64,000 nt of DNA from Pseudomonadota bacterium (GTDB lineage: Bacteria; Bdellovibrionota_B; Oligoflexia; Oligoflexales; CAIYRB01), in NCBI GenBank assembly GCA_026390445.1, contig JAPLFX010000030.1, forward strand, positions 2,999 to 66,998, given 5' to 3'. The notes beneath the pieces were generated by a model. That model was given only the letters and a program-made list of their open reading frames with translations, was not told the DNA's origin and did not search any database. The position numbers were made by a program, and so were the translations under genes. Of this stretch, positions 41,774 to 50,748 are shown one piece after another; position 1 is the stretch's first letter, and each line of letters begins with the position of its first letter.

Positions 41774-43147
41774 TCACGGTCCATTCATAACTTTAACCTG
41801 ACGATAAATCGATTCCATTGGTGGATCCTTGAAAGAAAATGTGTAGCTATCGGTGTCATATGGCGTGCCGTCGGCTTTATTCGGCACCGCTTGCCAAATC
41901 ATGGTCCCGGCGTAGCCGGCTTGATTGGCGGCCTGGTAGACCTGGTCTAGCCATTTGGCGCGGTCGGCGGCGTAGCCTGCGGCCGCGACCTTGACAGCAA
42001 AGGCGCTGCGGTCGGCTGGTTCGACCGCGGCGTAACCGGTTTCTTCGATGATGATCGGTTTGCCGGCGGCGTGCGCAATCTTTGCCCGGTCTTGAATCAC
42101 CTGCGGCACGAACCAACTCTGGAATTCGCTCGAAGCGACGTTCCAATTGTCCGGATACAGGTGGGTGGTGGCAAAGGAGACATTGGGCAGTGCGATGTTG
42201 CGGTCAAAGTCGACACCTTTTGAGCCGTCAAATACCCATGTATTTTTACGACCGTCACCACCCCGGACGCGGTAGCCCTCCTCGCCGGTTGAAATGAGGT
42301 GGTTGTGGTCGATGCTGCGGACAAAGGTGGTCATCTCTCCAAGCCAGTGGTTGACCAAGGTACCCGGCTTACCATCGACAAAGGGCTTGCAAGCAGCGTC
42401 GATTGGACCGGCGCCGCCGCTTTCGTAAAAATCTGTGGTATGTGGCTCATTGGCGACCTCGATGTCCATGATCGCTGGGTCATCTTTATATACGATACCG
42501 CTGACCGTATTCTTGCGGTTTAAGATGGTCTCAAGGTAGCCCTTGTAGGCATGAATCACCTTTTGATTGCAGTAGAATGCCTGGCGGCTTTCACCCGGAT
42601 TACCGTACACCTTGACCCACCACGCCATACCGCAATACTGCGGCTCGAAATTGACAAACGGGATGATTAACTTGAGATCATGCTTAGCAGCCTGCGCGAC
42701 GACCAGATCCAAGTAGCTGAGAGCGGACTCGCTGATTTGGCCGTGTTGATCCAAAATGGCGGGACCAAGCGAAGCGCTGCCACTGCTTTGTAACATCTCC
42801 TCCGTCCAGATGTTTGGCGTCTCGCAGCCAAAGCCCCAGACGCGAAGGACCTTGAGACCGGCACTAGATAGCTTGGTCATGATGTCGTCGACTTCGCTAG
42901 GGGTGAACTTTAAGTCGCGCAGGCTCAGACGGTAAAAATTGGTGCCTTGGAAGGCGAACGGTTTACCGCCCAGGGTGAATGTGGTGCCGGACACCTCGAC
43001 AAATTTTCTGGGCGCGGCAATGTCCGACTTCGCTGGGCTAGTGGCCGATTGGGCACTCCCCGCCGGCGATTGGGTTTTGCAGTGGGCCAGCATCAAGGAG
43101 GCCAACGCTAACTGGCGAATGGAACTGCCACGGTGAAATTTGGGCAT
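41774..43147 (-). CDS. secreted glycoside hydrolase family 5, endo-beta-mannanase-like
   Basis: 457 aa. Signal peptide ending LMLAHC. FQGTNFYRL and LKVLRVWGF, acid/base IEVANEPH, nucleophile context PIIIEETGYA. Confidence 0.75.
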   Translation of the reverse strand: MPKFHRGSSIRQLALASLMLAHCKTQSPAGSAQSATSPAKSDIAAPRKFVEVSGTTFTLGGKPFAFQGTNFYRLSLRDLKFTPSEVDDIMTKLSSAGLKVLRVWGFGCETPNIWTEEMLQSSGSASLGPAILDQHGQISESALSYLDLVVAQAAKHDLKLIIPFVNFEPQYCGMAWWVKVYGNPGESRQAFYCNQKVIHAYKGYLETILNRKNTVSGIVYKDDPAIMDIEVANEPHTTDFYESGGAGPIDAACKPFVDGKPGTLVNHWLGEMTTFVRSIDHNHLISTGEEGYRVRGGDGRKNTWVFDGSKGVDFDRNIALPNVSFATTHLYPDNWNVASSEFQSWFVPQVIQDRAKIAHAAGKPIIIEETGYAAVEPADRSAFAVKVAAAGYAADRAKWLDQVYQAANQAGYAGTMIWQAVPNKADGTPYDTDSYTFSFKDPPMESIYRQVKVMNGP

Positions 43148-43397
43148 GACTGAAGTCCTTGGAAGTCGCGAGAGCTGGTTAAGTTGCCGGCGAGTCTAAT
43201 AACTTTTAGTTTATCATTGGTCGACGTTGTGCGGCAGCGCTCGCTTATTCGTTTGAACATCGAACTATTGCGAACATAAATGACAATGAAGTTAGTGGTA
43301 TAAAAAATACCCCCAGTTTGAGCTAATGTTTTTCTGCGTCCAGCCGATGTCAGGGCAGGAGTTAGACACTTCGACCATTTTTACGAGGGTAAGAGAC

Positions 43398-46085
43398 ATG
43401 GCCTTAAAATTTAACCGAATTGCCTTTAAACTATTTGCTGTTTGTCTTTCATTTGCCCTTCCGATCACCGTGTTGCTGTTTCTTATGATCGAAGCAAAGA
43501 ACAAGGACATCGAATTTGCGGCGATGGAAAAGCTTGGCGATCGGTACCAGAGGCCCTTGGAATTGTTACTAAAGGATGTGTCCCTGCATAGGTGGGCGGC
43601 CATGCGCTTAGCCAATGGCGACGCAAGTCAGAAGTCAGAGCTTGCGGCGACTGAGGCCGCAGCAGACAAGGACTTGGACGCATTGCTGTCAGTCAATGCC
43701 GAGATTGGCGCCACTCTGCAGTTTACAGAAGAAGGACTTGCCAAACGTAAAAGAAACGAGTTTACGGCAGAAAATCTGGAAAAGTCCTGGACAGAGTTGA
43801 AGACCAAGCAGTCGACGATGGACTCGGCGGCGGTTCAATCCGCCCACGACAAGTTGATTACGCATATCTCGACCATGATCACGCACATGGGCGACACGTC
43901 AAACCTTATTCTCGACCCCGATCTCGATAGCTACTATCTTATGGACGTGACGCTTCTAGCCCTACCTCAAACCCAAAATCGCTTGCAAAATATCGCCGTA
44001 TTCGTCGAAACCGTGACCAAGGCTGGCAAGCTTACCTCTGCTGATCGGATTCAGGCGAGTGTTTACTCCGCCTTTCTCAAAGAGGCGGATCTGGACCGGA
44101 TCAACGGTAGCTCGCAGACGGCTCTGAACGAGGACCAAAACTTTTACGGTGTCAGCCCTAGCTTACAGAAAAAGCTCCCAGCTGCTTTGGCAAAGAACAC
44201 CCCTCTGATCGAGGCGGTCATTGCCGATTTGAAGGCCTTAGGTGAGGTCCCCGACGTGAAGTCCTATCATGTCGTGTCCTTTCGCGAGCACCTACGCGCT
44301 GCATTGCTTAACATCTACGACTTCCACGCGATGGCTCTTCATGAAGAAGACGTACTGCTCAAAAACCGCATCGCTGATATTCAAGGCCAAAAATCCAGAG
44401 CCTTTGTTTGGACTAGTCTTTCCCTGGCGATCGCAGCACTGTTGGCCTTTGCCATCACCAGTGGCCTGATTCGTCGCGTCAAGCGCGTTATCGGCGTGAC
44501 CAGGACCATCGCCAATGGCGATCTCAATGCTCGTGTCGGGATGAAGCCAGGTGATGAAGTGAGCGAGTTGGCGCAGTCGTTTGACGTGATGACCGCCAAG
44601 GTTGTTGGTCTGAATGATGAGGTGGCGCGGAAAAACCGCGATCTGCAGGGTATTAATGCCAACCTCGAAGGCATCGTGGCGGAACGGACTGCGACCATCA
44701 AGACCATTCTGGACAACGTCAAATTCGGCTTTTTGATCGTCGGGTCTGACGGCAAGGTTCAAGACGGTTTCAGCAAGAGCTGCCAGGACCTGCTCGGCAA
44801 GGAGCTGGTCGCCGGTGCCCACTTTATCGATGCCTTTAAGCTGCGGGAAGATCGCAATGCCGGTCTTATTCAGGAGTTCTTGGGTCAGGCCTTTGACGAC
44901 ATCATGCCGGAAGAGATGACCCTCCAGCAGTTACCGTCGCGTATCACGCATAAGGGTCGTACCTTAGCCCTTCAAACCTGCACCGTCCGCGGCGCAACTG
45001 GTGAGGTCAAAGGGATTCTCTTTACGATCATCGATGCGACGGATCTGCAACGCGCCGAAAAAGAGAGTGCTCGCCAGGCCCTGTTGGTGAGGATCCTCAA
45101 AGAAGCCGATGCCTTCCGTGACTTCGTCGAAGAGACCAAGACCCGGGTTGGCATGTGCCGCACCTTCATACGCTCCAATCATCCAGCTAAGGTTCGTGCT
45201 GAGTTGCACACCATCAAAGGCAACACCTCGGCCTTTGACCTGATCGAAGCTGCCAGGATGGTCCATGAGATCGAAGATCAAGCGAAGATCACCGAAGCCG
45301 ATATCGACACCTTCGAATCAGCCCTTCGCGCCTTCCTTGACGAGAACTTTGACGTGCTTCAGATCAGCTACGACGAGGGCGGAGAGGACACGATCAGTCT
45401 ATCCAGCGATCAAATCGATCAGATGCTGGAGCGTCTCAGCCGGGTTCCGGCCGGACAAAATGTGCATCAAGAAGCCGTTCGCTGGGCTGCTGAGGCCCGC
45501 TTTAAGACCGCTCGCTCCTTGATTGGAGCGCTCCCTGACTATGCCAAGCGTCTGGCGACTAGACTGTGTAAGTCAATTGATGTGGTTGTTGAAGGTGGTG
45601 ACATTCGTATGGATCCAGAAGTCATGCGGACGACGACGCAGTCTTTGGTGCACCTGGTTCGTAACTCGATCGATCATGGTATTGAAGATAGCTCGGAACG
45701 TCAGTCTAAGCCTGAAGTCGCGCAGCTAAAGATTATCTTTGGTGACGAGCCAAAGGCTTGGTCGGTGAAGGTCGTCGATGACGGCAAGGGTATCGACGGG
45801 GACCGGGTTGCTAAAAATGCAGTGTCCAAGGGTCTACTCACCCCTGAGCAGGTGACGTCGATGTCGGCACAGGAAAAGCTCGGTCTGATCTTCATGAACG
45901 GCCTCTCGACGTCCGAGACTATCTCCGAGGTGTCTGGCCGTGGTGTCGGGATGAGCGCGGTAGAAACGACGGTTAAGGACTCCGGCGGCAAGCTCGAACT
46001 CGACAGTAAGCTTGGTCGGGGCACCACGATCACGATCACGATTCCTAAGCCTGAAGCCCGAGGCATGGCGAAAAAGGCTGCATAA
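43398..46085 (+). CDS. transmembrane sensor kinase with HAMP, PAS-like, Hpt and CheA-type catalytic core; no CheW-like P5 domain
   Basis: I chose ATG 43398 (MALKFNRIAFKLFAVCLSFALPITVLLFLMI). TM1, about 300-aa extracytoplasmic helical region (LDPDLDSYYLMD), TM2 (AFVWTSLSLAIAALLAFAITSGLI), HAMP (RTIANGDLNARVGMKPGDEVSELAQSFDVMTAKV). Hpt ELHTIKGNTSAF (His codon 45207-45209). CheA-type core LVHLVRNSIDHGIE, DDGKGID, SGRGVGMSAVETTVKDSGGKLELDSKLGRGTTITITIP. The protein ends 11 aa later. Confidence 0.8.
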   Translation: MALKFNRIAFKLFAVCLSFALPITVLLFLMIEAKNKDIEFAAMEKLGDRYQRPLELLLKDVSLHRWAAMRLANGDASQKSELAATEAAADKDLDALLSVNAEIGATLQFTEEGLAKRKRNEFTAENLEKSWTELKTKQSTMDSAAVQSAHDKLITHISTMITHMGDTSNLILDPDLDSYYLMDVTLLALPQTQNRLQNIAVFVETVTKAGKLTSADRIQASVYSAFLKEADLDRINGSSQTALNEDQNFYGVSPSLQKKLPAALAKNTPLIEAVIADLKALGEVPDVKSYHVVSFREHLRAALLNIYDFHAMALHEEDVLLKNRIADIQGQKSRAFVWTSLSLAIAALLAFAITSGLIRRVKRVIGVTRTIANGDLNARVGMKPGDEVSELAQSFDVMTAKVVGLNDEVARKNRDLQGINANLEGIVAERTATIKTILDNVKFGFLIVGSDGKVQDGFSKSCQDLLGKELVAGAHFIDAFKLREDRNAGLIQEFLGQAFDDIMPEEMTLQQLPSRITHKGRTLALQTCTVRGATGEVKGILFTIIDATDLQRAEKESARQALLVRILKEADAFRDFVEETKTRVGMCRTFIRSNHPAKVRAELHTIKGNTSAFDLIEAARMVHEIEDQAKITEADIDTFESALRAFLDENFDVLQISYDEGGEDTISLSSDQIDQMLERLSRVPAGQNVHQEAVRWAAEARFKTARSLIGALPDYAKRLATRLCKSIDVVVEGGDIRMDPEVMRTTTQSLVHLVRNSIDHGIEDSSERQSKPEVAQLKIIFGDEPKAWSVKVVDDGKGIDGDRVAKNAVSKGLLTPEQVTSMSAQEKLGLIFMNGLSTSETISEVSGRGVGMSAVETTVKDSGGKLELDSKLGRGTTITITIPKPEARGMAKKAA

Positions 46086-46140
46086 TTGCGTCGGGTCATA
46101 AGGCCAAGGGATTTTGAACTGTCAATGGGAGTAGCGAGAG

Positions 46141-46689
46141 ATGACTGAGTACCATAAGAAACTGATCGAGTTGTTTAATTCCTCAGCCAATGATTTTTTC
46201 CTGTCCACAGGAGTGACCGATGTGGCTGTGGCATCCGGTGAACTGCCCAAGGAAGCGGTGGAGCGAGGTCAGTTGTTTTCCTCCAGCCTTGGCTTTGCCA
46301 GTGCGAAGGTCAAGGGAGTTGTGGTGATCACCACGCAAGCCGCGGTGATCGATGCGACAAACCCGCAGCGCGAGTACATTCCGGTGTTCTCCGATGCGGA
46401 CCGGGCTGATTGGGTCGGTGAAATGGCGAACCAGATCGTCGGTAATCTGAAGCGGTTCCTAGCGAAGTACAAAGTGGATTTCTCCCTGAGTACGCCAATG
46501 GTGATCTGCGGCAAGGACTTGGCCGTAGCCAACGTGGCAAAGTCGCAGCTTTACGTCGTTGAATTTGCCGTGGTCGGCAAGAAGGTCAAGTTGTGTTATA
46601 GCGCCGAGTTTAGCGTCCCGGTGGATTTTGATGTGTCGGTGAGCGCCGAGCCTGAACAAGTGGCCGGCGGTGACGGATTGTTTTTTTAA
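46141..46689 (+). CDS. CheX/CheC-like CheY-P phosphatase family protein
   Basis: 182 aa, 55 nt after the kinase. VGEMANQIVGNLK contains the ExxN signature (46420-46431) that I recall as the CheX/CheC active-site motif. Alternating beta/alpha pattern. Assignment by motif and context. Confidence 0.55.
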   Translation: MTEYHKKLIELFNSSANDFFLSTGVTDVAVASGELPKEAVERGQLFSSSLGFASAKVKGVVVITTQAAVIDATNPQREYIPVFSDADRADWVGEMANQIVGNLKRFLAKYKVDFSLSTPMVICGKDLAVANVAKSQLYVVEFAVVGKKVKLCYSAEFSVPVDFDVSVSAEPEQVAGGDGLFF

Positions 46690-46720
46690 CCTGGGTCTTC
46701 CCACACTAGGAGCTTAGTCC

Positions 46721-47092
46721 ATGAGCAAGAAGAAGATTCTCATTGTTGATGATTCCAAGACCATTCGTCAGCAGGTCAACTTTACACTGACTAAAGGCGG
46801 CTTTGATGTCGTCGAAGCCGAGGACGGTAAGCTAGGGATTGAAGCCCTGGGTCAGCATGCCGATATTGCCATGGTCATCAGCGATGTAAACATGCCCAAT
46901 ATGGGCGGCATCGAGATGATCGAAGCCTTGAAGCAGGCCGGAACCCATCCCTCGCTGCCGATCATCATGCTCACCACCGAAGGCGGTGCGGCGTTGATTG
47001 AGCGGGCCAAGGGCGCTGGCGTCAAAGGCTGGCTGGTGAAGCCATTTAAGCCAGAGCAGCTGGTGGCGGCGGTGACCAAGCTGACGGCGTAG
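46721..47092 (+). CDS. single-domain CheY-like response regulator
   Basis: 123 aa. KKILIVDDSKTIR, phospho-acceptor in VISDVNMPNMGG (Asp codon 46883-46885), IIMLTTEG, GWLVKPFKPEQL. Confidence 0.9.
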   Translation: MSKKKILIVDDSKTIRQQVNFTLTKGGFDVVEAEDGKLGIEALGQHADIAMVISDVNMPNMGGIEMIEALKQAGTHPSLPIIMLTTEGGAALIERAKGAGVKGWLVKPFKPEQLVAAVTKLTA

Positions 47093-47097
47093 TAGAG

Positions 47098-47127
47098 CCC
47101 AGAGAGGGGTGCAGAGGCCTCTCTGGG
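47098..47127. terminator. hairpin between convergent cheY-like and OMP genes (possible bidirectional terminator)
   Basis: 10-bp perfect stem CCCAGAGAGG/CCTCTCTGGG with a 10-nt loop, 5 nt after the cheY-like stop. No U-tract on either side. Confidence 0.35.
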
Positions 47128-47217
47128 ATCTATGGAACTTTACACGTAGCGGCGGTGTAGCTAGCGGCGCCTAACGAGGGTGACCGTTGGGGCGCCGCCG
47201 CATCCTCGCTTGGGACC

Positions 47218-47919
47218 TTATTTCAGAATCAAGCGGACCGTGGCGAGGTTAACCGAGAAGATGCCTGTGTCGGTTTTGATCTTGCCTTCTTTGTCGTCCT
47301 CTTGGTCCATCTCGTAGGAAATGCCGCCGAGGTAGTTGACATTTTTTGCCAGCGGCACGACTGCGTTGATGGTCACTTTCACAGCCAATGTGTTGTCATT
47401 GGTTTTTACATCGGAGTTAACGCCGGCGCTGCTCGTGACCGTCTTCTTGCCGCTTTTGGAGGTATAATCGAGGTTTAGGCCGTTTTCAATGACGAGGGCC
47501 TTGGATACGTTAACATAGTAGATGCCCCAAACACCGTATACATTGGTATTGGCGGTTTCTTTTGGCTTGTTGATGCTCAGGGAGTTCAAGCCTAGGTCCA
47601 GGCCTAGCTCGAGGTTGTCCTTGACCATGTAGCTGGGTGACACAATGCTCGATGCATTGAACGGGTAAACATAGAGATTGGCTTTGCCCCAGCTGGCTTC
47701 GAGGTACGAACCGCTTAGGTCATTGGTTTTGCTCGTCGAGGTCGTTTTAGTTGTTTTGGTGGAAGGGCTGCTGCTGCTATTTTTCGCCGACGATGAGGCA
47801 CTCGAATAGTTCAACACAGGCAAATGGAAGGTGAAGCTTGCTTCATCTTCAGCCAGCGCTGTGTACGAGCCCGAGAGTCCTGCCATGACGCCTGCAACGA
47901 TCCATTTTGACAATTTCAT
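47218..47919 (-). CDS. hypothetical outer-membrane beta-barrel-like protein with Ser/Thr-rich insert
   Basis: 233 aa. Signal peptide MKLSKWIVAGVMAGLSGSYTALA, low-complexity SSASSSAKNSSSSPSTKTTKTTSTSKT, then alternating hydrophobic beta-strand-like segments. Confidence 0.55.
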   Translation of the reverse strand: MKLSKWIVAGVMAGLSGSYTALAEDEASFTFHLPVLNYSSASSSAKNSSSSPSTKTTKTTSTSKTNDLSGSYLEASWGKANLYVYPFNASSIVSPSYMVKDNLELGLDLGLNSLSINKPKETANTNVYGVWGIYYVNVSKALVIENGLNLDYTSKSGKKTVTSSAGVNSDVKTNDNTLAVKVTINAVVPLAKNVNYLGGISYEMDQEDDKEGKIKTDTGIFSVNLATVRLILK

Positions 47920-48057
47920 CTGCCGCCGCTCCTCAAAGATCGAAGAAAAATTACTCCCGGCCGCTTGGGACCGGCAACCTGACGTTCAGATTAAAGAATA
48001 CAAAGTAATATGGCAAGGTCTAGCATTCCTAAAATCGGATTCACCAAATGCGCTTGC

Positions 48058-49548
48058 CTACTCACCGGATAGTTTCATGGCATATTTCGCGTTGAGAAGA
48101 TGAATCGATGATTTATAGGCCGCGTCGGTCCATGCTGAGCGCTGCGGGTTGTAAGCTTCGCTGACCAGTCCGATGTCTTCGCCGGCTAGGGGTTCTGTCG
48201 CCCATTGAAAGATGTCGGCGTTGGTGAGAGGGCTTCCGGCCTTTAACCAGTACCATCCGTCTGGCCACTCCCAAAAGGTCGTCGCAACGGCAGGCGGGAT
48301 CTGCACCGGTGTGGTGATGTGGTTATCGGTAAACAGATGGTCGAGGCCTTTGTGTAGTTCGGCCTCCAGCTGTTCAATTGGCCCTTTGGCCAACTTGGCC
48401 CAGAATTCAGCGCATGCGGCGCTGTCGTTGTAGACGGTGCGAATGGCGTGCATCGGCGCCGCATAGGCTTCAGGGGGGATTTCGACGTAGCTGATGCAAT
48501 GGCCGGTCGTATAGGCGCGCCAGATGTTTTTGCCGTCGGCGGTGCGGACTTTGTCCCACCAGGAATCCTTGAACCACTGATTGATCACGGTGACTCTGAC
48601 ACCTATGAGTGCCTGGTATTCCGGGCGCTGTTGGATCCGTTTGGCGATGCTGCCACCGATATGGTCAAAGGCGGCTGGCGGCACGGCGATGATGACCTTG
48701 TCCGCAGCAACCATCCTTTTGGCAGTCGTCAATTGATAAACACCGGAGGTGCCATTGATGGCCGTGACCGGCTCGGAGGTGAAGACGCGCACCCCGCTGG
48801 CCTGCACCTTCGCCGCCATGGCGCGGACGAAAGCCGACATGCCCCCCACGGGATAAAAGGTTTGGCAGCAGACGTTGATCTCTTCGGCGAGAAAGTCAAG
48901 GTAGCCGCGCGCGCTGAGTGGATATTCAAAGTCACCACGAAAACGGTTCATGTCATGTAGATATTGGTAGCCGACGGGGCCGATGACCTGATGGATGTAG
49001 GATTTGAAATCAGGGTATTTGTCGGCGTGGGCCCGTTCCGGACTGCTGAGCAACTGCTGTAACAGCTGACTCTCGACGTCGGGCTTGGTGTGATCGTAGG
49101 TCAAGCCAGGGTAGAGCGGAAGGAAGTCGTCTTTATTGGTGGCAAACTTGCCGCGTGCGAACACTAAGTCGCTACCGGTTTTCGGTTCGTCGAGTTGGAT
49201 GCCAAGTTCTTTGGCCAGGTTAAAAACCACGGATTGACCGTCCATGACGCGGCGCCCGCCATTGCCAAGGAACGGTGCGGCGGCTGGGTTTGGTGGCTTG
49301 CCGATATCGTAGATGCGGCCACCAAGTCGCTCTTCTTTTTCGAACAAGCAGACTTTAGATCCGGACTTTGCGCCTAGACGCATAGCGGTATGCAAACCGC
49401 CGACACCGCCGCCAACAATGGCGACGTCGCAGACGGTCGTGATGTTGGATGGTCCGCCGTCGCTTTCGACGGTGGCATCGGTTGATTTGCAGCCTGCTTG
49501 AACGAACAAGGCGAGGCTTAGGACGATCAGCCGATGTTCGGACAACAT
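48058..49548 (-). CDS. FAD-dependent amine oxidase family protein, predicted lipoprotein
   Basis: I chose ATG 49548 after ggagg (MLSEHRLIVLSLALFVQAGC, lipobox). Dinucleotide fold VAIVGGGVGGLHTA...LFEKEERLGGR. Flavin amine oxidase-like length and C-terminal segment. Confidence 0.7.
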   Translation of the reverse strand: MLSEHRLIVLSLALFVQAGCKSTDATVESDGGPSNITTVCDVAIVGGGVGGLHTAMRLGAKSGSKVCLFEKEERLGGRIYDIGKPPNPAAAPFLGNGGRRVMDGQSVVFNLAKELGIQLDEPKTGSDLVFARGKFATNKDDFLPLYPGLTYDHTKPDVESQLLQQLLSSPERAHADKYPDFKSYIHQVIGPVGYQYLHDMNRFRGDFEYPLSARGYLDFLAEEINVCCQTFYPVGGMSAFVRAMAAKVQASGVRVFTSEPVTAINGTSGVYQLTTAKRMVAADKVIIAVPPAAFDHIGGSIAKRIQQRPEYQALIGVRVTVINQWFKDSWWDKVRTADGKNIWRAYTTGHCISYVEIPPEAYAAPMHAIRTVYNDSAACAEFWAKLAKGPIEQLEAELHKGLDHLFTDNHITTPVQIPPAVATTFWEWPDGWYWLKAGSPLTNADIFQWATEPLAGEDIGLVSEAYNPQRSAWTDAAYKSSIHLLNAKYAMKLSGE

Positions 49549-49760
49549 TGAGACCTCCGCATGTGCAAGTGGTGCCGCCTCTGCCGCGGCTTTCACGGCC
49601 TAGTGCCGTAGTTTTTTGATTAGGAATGGCTAGACTGTAGCACTCTGCTTTGAGACCTGGCAACCTAGATGGTGTGACCGGTTTGGCCGGCGCATAGCCT
49701 CTTAACATCATAGCGTTAGCTTTGTAGCGCTAGAACAATGGCACTGAGAGTGAGGAGCCG

Positions 49761-50678
49761 ATGATGAAACGCATGGGATCTATGTGGGCTGGCGCAGGGG
49801 TTGTGCTTTTGTCCTTCTGGGTGACGGCGACAAGTTACGGCGCTAGTAACACCATCAGCCTGTGGACAAGGTCCAGTGGCTCCTATAGCGATGACCAGAA
49901 TCCCCCCAAAGCGAAGCTACAGACCTACGCCTTTGATCCGGCGCATGTGGTCAAACGGCGCATGCTTGATGTGCAATACGGGCATACCGCGGTGTATCTT
50001 GGGGTCCCGCTGGGCGATCTATTTAAAGCCTATAAGCATGCAGGCCAGAGTGATCTAGCGATCCTGCACTTTGCCAACGGCATGGCGGTTCCGGTGCCGC
50101 TTAACGCTAGTGACATCGGTCGTCTCGATGCCTTTGTCGCGGTCCAGGTTTGTGTGAAAAAGGAGGCCTGTAGCGCCGATTTCGCCGAGGTGGCAAAGGA
50201 GGACGCCTTCGCCGTCACCAGTGATCCACGGCCCATTACCTTCACCTGGAACAAGATCGTCCTGCCGACGCTCTGGCATCCCGAAGTGCCTGAGGCGCGC
50301 CAGCATATCTTTACCCCGTGGCACCACGTCGACACCCTCACCGGTATCGAGTTTGCCAATGCCGCGGCCTATTACCGCCAATTCGACTTGGGTGAGACCG
50401 AGGGACTTGGGGTGTTTCGTGAACGGTGTCAGTACTGTCACGGCGTGCGCTTTGTAGGAGCAAGCTATGGCTGGGATTTCGTCACGCCGCTGCCCATCTA
50501 CGAGAAACGTCCGCCCGAGCAGCTGCTCAACCACGTCAAATATCCCAAGTCCAGGGCCAAGAGCATGGGACTGATGATGCCAAACCAGTCGGACGTAACC
50601 GTCACCGAGATGAAGGCGATTTGGCGCTGGATGAAGAAGGCGGCCGGACACCCATTACCTAAATACCAGCCAAACTAG
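49761..50678 (+). CDS. exported protein with one CXXCH haem-c motif
   Basis: 305 aa. Signal peptide (MWAGAGVVLLSFWVTATSYGA), CQYCH in FRERCQYCHGV. The N-terminal two thirds are unassigned. Confidence 0.6.
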   Translation: MMKRMGSMWAGAGVVLLSFWVTATSYGASNTISLWTRSSGSYSDDQNPPKAKLQTYAFDPAHVVKRRMLDVQYGHTAVYLGVPLGDLFKAYKHAGQSDLAILHFANGMAVPVPLNASDIGRLDAFVAVQVCVKKEACSADFAEVAKEDAFAVTSDPRPITFTWNKIVLPTLWHPEVPEARQHIFTPWHHVDTLTGIEFANAAAYYRQFDLGETEGLGVFRERCQYCHGVRFVGASYGWDFVTPLPIYEKRPPEQLLNHVKYPKSRAKSMGLMMPNQSDVTVTEMKAIWRWMKKAAGHPLPKYQPN

Positions 50679-50702
50679 AGTCTAAATACCAGCCCAACTA
50701 GA
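50659..50702. repeat. 21-nt direct repeat, two copies 23 nt apart, spanning a stop codon
   Basis: CTAAATACCAGCCAAACTAGA (50659-50679) and CTAAATACCAGCCCAACTAGA (50682-50702), 20/21 identical. The first copy encodes the last residues (KYQPN) and the stop of the 49761..50678 gene. Confidence 0.85.
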
Positions 50703-50748
50703 ACCTGACTCAAGGTTTGAGCCAGGTCCTAGTCGTGTGGCCGCGCGC

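Noticed and set aside
43148-43397. AT-rich divergent region between the GH5 gene and the CheA-like gene, examined for promoters and small RNAs; also the ORF-track start at 43326
   Set aside because: Only poorly spaced hexamers are present (ATGACA ... TATAAA with a 13-nt spacer). The 24 extra N-terminal codons from 43326 lack an RBS, and ATG 43398 gives a standard TM1 N-terminus.
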